Of a stretch of DNA of 14,242 nt, positions 1 through 8,937 are shown in pieces; the first letter of the stretch is position 1, and each line of letters opens with the position of its first letter. The DNA is from Piromyces finnis finn (Eukaryota > Fungi > Neocallimastigomycota). The position numbers and the translations under genes were made by a program. The notes beneath the pieces were generated by a model, which saw only the letters and a program-made list of their open reading frames with translations, searched no databases and was not told the DNA's origin. The DNA lies in contig MCFH01000224.1 of NCBI GenBank assembly GCA_002104945.1, forward strand, positions 1-14,242. The letters are read 5' to 3'.

Positions 1-78
1 TTATTATATTATTATTATATTATTATTATTATTATTTTTTTATTATTAATTATTTATTATTATATATTATTATTATTA
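1..78. repeat. (TTA)n-like low-complexity microsatellite
   Basis: Degenerate TTA/TAT repeats from the window start. Confidence 0.7.
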
Positions 79-308
79 TGGTCATAATGCTCTAACCCTA
101 CTTATTATAACATTATTTTAAACACAAATAAATAATTAAATTAGTACTAAAGTATTTATATAAATTATTAATTTTAAAATTATAAATGTAAACAAAAACT
201 ACTTATTTATTTATTAATTAATTAAATAGCTAATTAATTGTTTATTAATATAATACTTTAAAAATATAAATGTATAAATAGTGTTAGAATTACTTTATTT
301 TAAAAATT

Positions 309-389
309 GTTCCTAATAATCCGTCAAAATTAGATATATTATATTAAATTTATTAAATGGTTCCTAATAATCCAGAAAATTAGATATAT
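309..389. repeat. Short degenerate direct repeat (2 x ~31 bp)
   Basis: GTTCCTAATAATCCGTCAAAATTAGATATAT (309-339) and GTTCCTAATAATCCAGAAAATTAGATATAT (360-389). Confidence 0.7.
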
Positions 390-737
390 AATTTATATAA
401 ATAATATTTGTAATTATAATAATACACATACGAGATGTATTGAATAATAATAATATTATATATATTAATAATACAAGAGTTATTAAATATTAAAACTTTA
501 TAATTAAATAAAATAAATTTATATTTTTAACTAACAAGGACTTGCAAATGAACAAATAAAATAAATTTATATTTTAAATTAACAAAGATTTTCAAATGAA
601 CAAGTATAAAAATCATTTATTATTTTTTTTTTATTTCTATTTATTAAATTTTAGATACAGATTGTCACTTTCTATATTCATTTATAGAATTAAGGTAATA
701 TCATACCATAACAAAATTAATAGAAGTCAATGAAGTG

Positions 738-809
738 GGAGGGTTGGCGCAACGGTAGCGCGTCCGCCTCCAGAGCGGAAGGTTGGGTGTTCGAATCACT
801 CACTCTCCA
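738..809 (+). tRNA. trnW-CCA: tRNA-Trp (CCA), intronless, canonical cloverleaf
   Basis: Acceptor GGAGGGT/ACTCTCC, D stem GCGC/GCGC with AACGGTA loop, anticodon stem TCCGC/GCGGA with loop CT-CCA-GA (CCA at 770-772), T arm GGGTG-TTCGAAT-CACTC, discriminator A809. Confidence 0.96.
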
Positions 810-813
810 TTTT
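810..813 (+). terminator. Pol III oligo-T terminator of tRNA-Trp
   Basis: TTTT immediately after the discriminator base. Confidence 0.6.
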
Positions 814-837
814 AATAAAAAATATAAATATACCACT

Positions 838-1035
838 TTTTATTTATTTATTTTATTTTATATTTATATTTATATATTATATTTATATTTATATTATATT
901 TATATTTATATTATATATTATATTTATATTTAATTATATTTATATTTATATTTATATTATATTTATATTTATATTTATATTTATAATATTTATATTTATA
1001 TTTATATTATATTTATTATATTTATATTTATAAAT
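838..1035. repeat. (TATATT)n-like AT microsatellite
   Basis: Long run of degenerate TATATT/TTATAT hexamers. Confidence 0.8.
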
Positions 1036-1573
1036 TTTTACTAAAATCAAAATATATAATATAAGAAATGTTATTGATCCTGCTAATCATGAATTCTGAA
1101 AGTATTTTTAAAAACAAATTTTAATTAAATATTATCGAATTGATTAATTAATGTCCATTTATCATTATTAGATTAAAAACAATATATATCATTAATCTCA
1201 CCAGTTTAACAATTTTAATTATGAAATATTAGTTTTTTATGACTATGTATTTAAATAAAGGTTTATTCCTTTAATTCACTAGAAATGCTTTTATATATAT
1301 AAATATTTAATAAAGAATTTAATGATAGTTTTATATAGTCATAATATTTATAATAATTACGATTAGAAAGAACCGCATTCGCTCATTTATTTGATTTGTC
1401 TTAGAAAAATTAAAGAATAATATTGTAAACTATTTTTCTCCTAAATATTTAAGTATAATCCCAAGAAATATTAAAGGATAATATTGTAATTATCTTTCCT
1501 TAATAATTTAATAAAATTCCAAGAATGTTAAAAAAATTCACAATATAAGTGTTATAAAATCATATATATTCAA

Positions 1574-1908
1574 TATATTAATTAATAGCAGAGCTTATAT
1601 TTTAATATGTATTATTGTATTATATATTAATTAATAGCAGAGCTTATATTTATATGTAATTATTGTATTATATATTAAATTAATAGCAGAGTTATTTTAA
1701 TATGTAATTATTGTATTATATATTAAATAATAGCAGAGCTTATTTTAATATGGTAATTATTTATTATATATTAAATTAATAGCAAGCTTATTTTTAATAT
1801 GTATTATTGTATTATATTAAATTATAGCAGGCTTGTATTTTAATTATTTTATTGTATTATATTAAATTAATGCAGCTTATATTTAATATGTAATTATTAT
1901 ATATTAAT
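1574..1908. repeat. ~48-bp AT-rich minisatellite, ~7 copies
   Basis: Unit approx. TATTAATTAATAGCAGAGCTTATATTTTAATATGTAATTATTGTATTATA. The TAGCAG core recurs near 1586, 1635, 1684, 1731, 1780, 1825 and 1871 (spacing 45-49). Confidence 0.9.
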
Positions 1909-2715
1909 TTGTATATATATATATATTATTAGAATTTATAAGCATTTAATAGAATGCTTCCATCTTTATCTATTTGTCTTAAGAAAGAATATTTGAAATA
2001 ATTCTAGTCTTTGATATTTCCAGAAAACATTAGTTTAATTTTATAATTTGGCATAATTATAAATCTGAGTATAAATTATATAGAATTATTTCCACTAATA
2101 GAAGTATTATACTCATTAGAATACAAAACACCATGTTAATATATTTGGGATTTGACGCTGATAATAAATTAAACTATAGTAGAATAATATATAATTAAAT
2201 ATTAAAATCAACTATACACCTACAAACTCATAAATGCAGTATTTTATATTTTATTAATGCTTTATGATTTATATTCAAAAATAGTTTCCCTTTTAAGTTT
2301 TATAAATTATTCTCTCCAATATTAGAATAAAATTTTAATTACTTAACTTTAGTAATTCAAATAATAGATATATAATAGTTGAGCTGAGTTAAGTGAATTG
2401 AAACCTACGTCTTTTTAAAGATTAATTATTTATAAAATTTAATAATGCTCTTATGTATTAATCAAATTACCGTAATTTCATTTAAAATATTAAATAAAAA
2501 AGAATTATTAAACAAAAATAAACCTTTGTTATTTAACTATTTAATTGCTATTCCTAATAACTTATTCTTCTAAAGTTAATATAATATAGAAAATTCATTT
2601 GGCAAATGAATAAATGAATTATATATTTATAAATAAGAAATGCAATGCATATATGATATGATAAGTAAATAAACTACCTATTTATCTTAATGAATATTCT
2701 ATAAATATTTTTTTT

Positions 2716-2788
2716 CACTCACGGCGGGACTCGAACCCGCAATCTTCAGATTAGAGTCTGACGCCCTATCCAATTAGGCTACGCGAGC
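2716..2788 (-). tRNA. trnR-TCT: tRNA-Arg (TCT); anticodon loop one base short in this sequence
   Basis: Minus strand GCTCGCG TA GCCT AATTGGATA GGGC G TCAGA CTCTAA TCTGA AGATT GCGGG TTCGAGT CCCGC CGTGAGT G. Acceptor stem, discriminator and variable loop match fungal tRNA-Arg(UCU) as recalled (GCTCGCG/CGTGAGTG, AGATT). Expected loop CTTCTAA is missing one T. Confidence 0.85.
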
Positions 2789-2796
2789 TTTAAAGA

Positions 2797-2856
2797 TTCC
2801 GCATCGGGGAATCGAACCCCGGCCGCCACGGTGAAAGCGTGTATGGACCATGCGGA
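2797..2856 (-). tRNA. trnE-TTC: tRNA-Glu (TTC) with D-loop deletion (pseudogene or assembly error)
   Basis: Minus strand TCCGCAT GGTCCA TACACG CT-TTC-AC CGTGG CGGC CGGGG TTCGATT CCCCG ATGCGGA A. Acceptor, anticodon loop and T arm are intact; 60 nt instead of ~72, with the D loop missing. Confidence 0.8.
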
Positions 2857-2862
2857 TAATCT

Positions 2863-2867
2863 TCATA
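2863..2867. repeat. Left target-site duplication TCATA
   Basis: TCATA directly before TGTAAG; identical to 9417-9421. Confidence 0.9.
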
Positions 2868-3323
2868 TGTAAGAATATTTGTAGCCATAAGTTGCCCACA
2901 AATATTCAATTGAACCATATATTCTGGTCACCATTTATTGGCCAATATATGCATAACCATATTAATGTTATTAATTAAATAGGAGTCTATTTGCTTTACC
3001 CAATCAAGTGGTAAAGAAATAAACTCATATAGTTAATAGTTAGTCAAACTAACGTTAATACTTTAGCGTTAGTATTAAAGTAAATTATAGCTATAATAAT
3101 AATTATGTATATAATTATAACTAATAAATAAAAGATAATAATATAATTATTAAGTAAATATATTTCATATAATTTATTGTATTATTTATTTTGTTTATAA
3201 TATTTATTTAGTTCTTTTATTATTTTTATAAAACTTTATTTAGTTATTAACTCGTATAGAGAGTATAACTACTTAATTAACTTTTATATTAACTTATTAA
3301 CTAACATATAAAAACCTTTTACA
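2868..3323 (+). repeat. 5' LTR (456 bp)
   Basis: TGTAAGAATATTTG...AAAACCTTTTACA; colinear with 8933-9416, differing mostly by single-base indels. Confidence 0.95.
3065..3075 (+). promoter_or_regulatory. Putative self-primer / transcript 5' end (start of R)
   Basis: AGCGTTAGTAT is the exact reverse complement of 3324-3334; also present in the 3' LTR at 9141-9151. Confidence 0.8.
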
Positions 3324-3334
3324 ATACTAACGCT
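3324..3334 (+). promoter_or_regulatory. Primer-binding site, self-priming type
   Basis: ATACTAACGCT abuts the LTR end, does not begin with TGG (so is not complementary to a tRNA CCA end), and pairs with LTR 3065-3075. Confidence 0.85.
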
Positions 3335-3605
3335 TTATAGTTAGTTCTTACGTTAGCTTAGTTTTATTAGGTTATGTTATTAAAATTCTTAAAAACATAT
3401 TTATTTTATTTAAATTATGGTTAATAATAATTATTTACATATTTTATATATTCAATATATATTTAAAGAAGTAAATTTATTATTAAAATAATATTTTTTA
3501 ATAGTTTAGCATTAAAATTCATTATTTGTAATTTTAAATTCATTATAACCATATTTTATTAATAAATTCTTTAATTTATTAAAAGAATTTATTTTCGAAT
3601 TAGAA

Positions 3606-5200
3606 ATGAAAAACGCAGGTAGTCGCTAACCCTCGGGGTGTCCATAATTGGACACAAAACATCATTCGTAAGGGACGGGACCGTCCTGACGCGGCGAGCG
3701 CGGATGGCATGGATGGTGTAGAGGGAATGTCACGGGTTCGAACCCGGTGCTTCTCGAAAGCACTGAGGTCGAATCTAATCAGAATTTACAGGTCAACAGG
3801 GGATTCTAGCCCACCCCTGTTGATCCTTCTTTCTTTTTTACTATAATATGAGGTAAACCAATGCAACACATTGAAGTTCTTCTTAATAGATGGGTTTCGG
3901 AAATATCTAGCCAGTTTGCTAGTATGGGAAACCGTCTGGGTGCTATGGAAGAACAACTTCGGGGTATTGAGGTTTACAAGAGCGAGATAAACGATGCTCT
4001 TCAGCAAAATTTGTGAAGTGGATCAAAGGTTGGAAGCAATGAGTCAGCTAGCCAAGTTAGCTTGGAAGAGCTGCATGCTGTGGAAAATGCCTTTACCGCA
4101 GAACATGAGGAAAGGTTACAAGACACCAGCAAGTGCTAAACAACCAAGAAACGTTGTACCGTCATCTAGTGCCTTTGTCTCTATAAAAAGAGCTTGAAGA
4201 AGAGATGGCCAGATTGAGGAGCAACGAAACGCTCTAGAAGAAAGAAAAATTGTTCGAGGCTAAAGTCGAAGCCATGAACAAAAGCTGAAGCCAGAGCTCA
4301 TGAAAGAACATCCTATCAACCGGTGGTATGGGTATCCTCATGGTGCTGGAACTAGTAGCAGCACCACCCTACGGATATTCCGAGGATGGGGACGTGAAGA
4401 TGTTCGATTGGCGAGTACATAGGTATGAAGAAAAGTGCCTATGTTTGATAATAATGGGATAGACTTAGAGGGTTTTCAAGAGAAGTGCTTACGTCATTTC
4501 AACGTTACCCATATGACTATGGTAACGACGAAAAGGCAAAGGTTAGCTTCATTGAAGATCATCTAGGTGGGAAGTATTGAGATGGTATAGACTTAGAGAG
4601 AGGATGTTGCAGCGTAGGATCCCGATGCTGAAAGACTATTCCTCACCTTCAAGATAAGTTTCCACCAGAGTCTCCCATGAACTCTGCAAGTCAAGTGCTT
4701 AAGCTCACACATGAGTGGGGAAAAGCATACGACTACTTGGAAGTTCAATGAATTGACGGAAACACTTGGCTTCCTGAAAATGTTAGGAGACAGGTTAATA
4801 CAACAGGTCAGCCTTCTGTCAGGGAAGCGTTCTATGATATCCCTGAACCGGAACGTACGCTGGAAACATTAGTGAAGTCTTGCTAAAGTGCGATGACCAC
4901 CAAGCAGTCTTCCGTAATGAAACCATAGAAAGTACGACAAAAGAGACGCCGACCACTATTATGGCCTTGTTGGATTCACGACCCATGTAGACCATCTAGA
5001 TGGGCTGAGTTAAAGCAGAAGAACACAAGCCAATAATAGCCTAAGTTGAGCAGACCAACACTCAGGCTTACGTAAAAAACAATACGGTGCCAAAGAACGT
5101 CGTGAATCCTTAATAGTCAGCTTTAGAAGAAGTTCTAGCTTCCAACCAAAGCAAGGACCTTCTAGTATGGGAAATAACCCATTACCTAAGGCTATGGCAA
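3606..5200 (+). CDS. gag: Gag (capsid) region, broken by multiple frameshifts in this sequence; boundaries approximate
   Basis: GC content jumps at the ATG at 3606. In-frame piece 3861-4013 reads MQHIEVLLNRWVSEISSQFASMGNRLGAMEEQLRGIEVYKSEINDALQQNL. Retrotransposon-gag-like fragments near 4540-4780 (KVSFIEDHLGG..LRWYRLRE; LKLTHEWGKAYDYLE.FNELTETLG) need frameshifts to join. No CCHC knuckle seen. Confidence 0.7.
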
Positions 5201-5269
5201 GTCAAACGACGGTCAATAACAGCTACTACAGTCAGAACCAACTAGTAGCTGAAATAATGCAAGAAGCAA

Positions 5270-5655
5270 CCTCGAGATATAAAAAGGGTAGAAGTTGTAT
5301 GATACTGGTTCCACTACAAACCTCATTCACCCAAATTAGCAAAGAAGCTCGGGTTAAAGGTAGTGGACAAACCAGCCATATTCAGAACTGTGAATGGTGA
5401 TATCGAGTTAAAGCAGTTCTCAGATGACTTGCAGTTGAAGTTATGGTTAACTCCATCTGGCGAACAAGAAGCTAAGCCATACTGCTTCAACACAAGTTGT
5501 CACCTATCCGACTACATGCCGGAGATAATCATTGTGGGACTGGGCTTCATGGATGAGCACTTTATCTACAGAGGTTATGATAAAGATGCACAAGTGAGGT
5601 ACTTCGTAGTAGATAATGATAAGGATAAGAACACACCAACAGTTATGGTGTAAAT
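5270..5655 (+). other. Aspartic protease domain
   Basis: DTG catalytic motif at 5301-5309, followed by IIVGLGFM-type C-terminal strand in ORF 5363-5653. Confidence 0.8.
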
Positions 5656-8600
5656 GACGGCGATATCTACTACTGTACTCAATTAAGTCCCATAACTACA
5701 GTTCTAATGCAAAAGCAAGAAGGCCTCTGTAACTGTAACCGCAGAAAACATCGAAGCCGAAATCGTGTGTAATGGTAGCCACAGGCTACAAAAAACCAGG
5801 GACGGAAGTTCCGGAGGGTTGGCATCGAGTTCCAACTTAGAGAAAACTTGTGTTTCAGTAGGGTTGGTACAAGAGTCAAACTTAGAGAAAAATCACATTT
5901 ACGTAGGGTTGGTACAGGAAGAAAACTTAAACGAAATCAACCTACACCTGAAGAAATCGTGGAGAAGTACTACCACAATTTCAAAGAAGCATTTAATGAA
6001 GAAATAGCTAACCAGCTACCAGAACACCGTCCTTACGACTGTAGATCGACCTGGAGCCGGATGCTAGTCTTCATAAAGGGCCTATATCCCTTCAATCCAG
6101 AAGAGGAAAAGCACTGAAGGAATATATTGAGGAAAACCTGGCAAAGGGCTTCATCAGGAAATCAGAGAGTCCTGCAGGTTATCCTGTGTTATTCGTGCCC
6201 AAAAAGAGTGGTGAAAGACGATTATGTACTGATTATAGGCGTCTTATAAGGTAACAGTGCGTAACTCCTTCCCTTTACCACTCATCAGTCAAGTGTTTGA
6301 GGCTATGAAAGGCGCGACTATCTTCTCCAAGTTGGATTTGAAGTCTGCCTACAACCTCGTGCGTATTCGTGAAGGTGACGAATACAAGACGGCATTCTCA
6401 ACCAAGTTTGGGCATTATGAATATCTAGTGATGCCATTTGGTTGACTAATGCTCCTGCCACGTTCCAAGGGTTCATTAATACGGTGCTGGCAGAAGAATC
6501 AACGATGCTGTCAAGTGTACTTGGATGATATCATCATCTACTCCAAGTCACTTGAAGAGCATGTAGGGCATGTAAAAGAGTCCTACAAAAGCTAATAGAT
6601 ATCGTCTAGTAGCTAAGTTAGCGAAGTGTGAGTTCCACAAGGAAAACTTGCATTCCTGGGTCATGTAGTTGGAAAATATGGTATTAAAACCGACCCAGAA
6701 AAGTTAAAAGCTGTAGCAAGTTGGCCACAACCAACCAACATTAAAGAACTACAGTCATTCCTCGGATTCTGCAACTATTATAGGAAGTTTATAAGGACTT
6801 CTCTAAGATAGCAAGGCCGTTATATGCGATGACGTCCAAAAGGTACAGTTCCTGTGGAATGAAGAACGCATCCAGGCGTTCGAGAAGTTAAAAGAAATGC
6901 TGTTGTCTCCACCAGTATTAGCATATCCTGACCATGACCGTCAGTTTATAGTGGAGTGCGACGCTAGTAACTACGCAGTGGTGGTGTATTATCACAACTA
7001 GGCGATGACAATGAACTACACCCTGTGTATTACTATTCCAAGAAACTTACGAAAGCAGAATCAACTACTCCATACGGAAAAGGAGTTGTTGGCTATTAGG
7101 AATGCTTTCATCGAGTGGCGACACCTGTTAATGGGTGCGAAACATAAGGTCCTAGTATATAGTGACCATAGGAATCTCCTGTTCGCCACAAACCACAGTT
7201 GTTGACAGCAAGACAGGCAAGATGGCAAGAGCTGTTTGCTGCATACAACTTCGAAATAATATATCGGCCAGGAAAAATGAATGGTAGAGCCGATATCCTA
7301 TCAAGAATGGTATCTCCAGAACAGGTACAACTGGAGATGGAAAAAGCTAGCCTCCTTCGACCTGAACAGGTAAAAGAATTTCCACCCGTGGAAGAAGAGT
7401 GCTATGCGGTGTTAGAAGTAAGCTTTGTGGGAGAACTGAAACAAGCTTACAACACGAATGAGCTTGCTAGGGAAATTAGAGATGGTCTTGACGCAAAAAG
7501 AGGCCACAAGCTCATCAAAAAGAAGTGGTTGATGGTTAATGGGTTGATTGTTAGAAAGGATGCACCAGAACGTACATATGTACCAAAGGTGTTAAGGGAA
7601 ACAATCATAAAACTTAACCACGATAGTGAAACAGCAGGTCATTTGGGAAAGATAAAACTTATGACCTGATAGCCAGAACTACTACTGGCCAAAAATGAAG
7701 GATGACATTGCGGGATATATTAAAGCTTGTACCATATGTTGTACCCAAAAGGACAACAGACACAAGCCGTACGGTAGCGCTGCTAGGGTAAAAGTTGCAG
7801 ACTTACCTTGGCAAGAAGTAGAAATCGACTTCCTGACGGACCTACCTATTAAGGAACGTAGAAAACCAGGTAGTAGTCCTCAGAACCCCAGAAGTCACTA
7901 GAAGAGGTTGTATCATGGTTTGTAGCGATAAGTTAACCAAAATGATACACTTAGTGGGATTTAGGAGTATGCCTACTGCTAAGAAACAGCCTTAGCATAC
8001 TTACAACATGTATTCAAGTTACATGGTTGTCCCAAATCGGTTACTACGGATCGTGGTGTCCAGTTCACTAGTAAGTTGTGGAAGGACATTATGGGGTTCT
8101 TTGGCGTAGAAGTAAACCTTGCTACTACTGGCCATCATGAAACAGTTGGTCAGGTAGAACGCAATAACTCCTACGTAAGTATGTACCTTAGATGCTTTGT
8201 GAAGACCTTTGATGACGACGAATGGTTGAAGTACTTGTACTTAGCTGAGTTCTGCTATAATAATGCAGTACACAGTTCTACTAAGCAGTCCCCATTCCTA
8301 GCCTTGTATAACTACCAGGTACATATGAACCTCAAGACTCAGAACTTGTCCACTCACTTGGTGAAGCTCCTATATTAGATAGCTTCGCTCACAACTTAGG
8401 TAACTTAAAGCACATGCTGGACATATCAAGAACACGGTTCTTAGACCACTTGGACCATAGAAGAGAACTTAACTACCCTAAATTAGGCTCCTGGATTTGG
8501 TGTGGTTAAGAAAACCAGAAAATTACAACCCTTTCCCTTCTACAAGCTACAAGCAAGAAAGTACGGTCCCTTCAAGGTTATTAGAATTGATGAAACCAAG

Positions 8601-8937
8601 CTTAACTACCGGTTGGATATCAGCAAGTCACCTTTCCCCAATGTCTACCCAGTGTTTCATATCAGTGAACTTGAACCCTACCATAACAAACCTGAAGAAC
8701 TAACACCTGCACCAGTGGGCTACCAGAAATTATCAAATCATGAATGCCAGAAGAAAGAGGATAACTACCATACTTAGCTACCTTTAGTGACTTTAGACAG
8801 AGTGGGTTGATGCTGATATCATTGACAAGAACTCCCACTATGATAAGCTACTCAAGGATTTCAAGATAAATGCTACCAGGAATTCATGGTTAGTGTCCAA
8901 AACCCTGCCTAGGTTTTCTCCTCAGGGGGCATTGTAA
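5270..8937 (+). CDS. pol: Pol polyprotein (protease-RT-RNase H-integrase), frameshifted in this sequence
   Basis: [11 protein letters not shown] (D at 5301); LPEHRPYDC; PLPLI...[10 protein letters not shown]...KTAF...YEYLVMPFG; YLDD (6518-6529); ECDASNYA (D at 6960); EKELLAI...SDHRNL; ADILSR; integrase motifs below. The last frame as read ends at TAA 8935-8937 inside the 3' LTR. Confidence 0.95.
6000..7305 (+). other. Reverse transcriptase + RNase H domains
   Basis: Ty3/Gypsy RT motifs ([33 protein letters not shown]) and RNase H motifs (DAS, EKELLA, SDH, ADILSR). Confidence 0.95.
7540..8700 (+). other. Integrase: HHCC zinc finger, DDE core, GPY/F domain
   Basis: HDSETAGH (H at 7619) ... 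CTIC; IDF (D at 7827); TDRGVQF (D at 8049); GQVERNN (E at 8157); KYGPFKV (8559-8579); [10 protein letters not shown]. Confidence 0.93.
8723..8865 (+). other. Degenerate chromodomain-like C-terminal extension of integrase
   Basis: Joining across apparent indels gives PEIIKS...ERG...[31 protein letters not shown], echoing the chromodomain pattern (E.I...R..G...YLV.W......TWE....L......LL.EF). Confidence 0.5.
8924..8929 (+). promoter_or_regulatory. Polypurine tract
   Basis: AGGGGG three bases before the 3' LTR TGT; may be shortened by homopolymer error. Confidence 0.75.

Noticed and set aside
730-933. 67-aa ORF (+)
   Set aside because: It overlaps tRNA-Trp and the TATATT microsatellite; the Y/I/L-rich tail is a repeat artefact.
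1574-1908. CRISPR-like array
   Set aside because: The whole unit is repeated, with no unique spacers, no cas genes, and a eukaryotic context.
2708-2715. A8 run 3' of tRNA-Arg (minus strand) as a sign of a retroposed tRNA or SINE
   Set aside because: Short A runs are ubiquitous here; there is no CCA addition or TSD.
2751-2756. Amber suppressor (CTA anticodon) reading of the 6-nt loop
   Set aside because: Adding an A would give CT-CTA-AA, but the tRNA body matches fungal tRNA-Arg(UCU), whose loop is CTTCTAA. A lost T is the simpler explanation.
3324-3345. Conventional tRNA primer-binding site
   Set aside because: There is no TGG start or visible complementarity to the tRNAs in this window; the self-complementary match explains the site.
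3786-4007. 73-aa antisense ORF
   Set aside because: It is the shadow of gag on the opposite strand, with no motifs.
5679-5879. 66-aa antisense ORF
   Set aside because: It is the shadow of the pol linker.
5167-8777. Treating the many short + strand ORFs as separate genes
   Set aside because: They are consecutive fragments of one Gag/Pol polyprotein broken by single-base indels.
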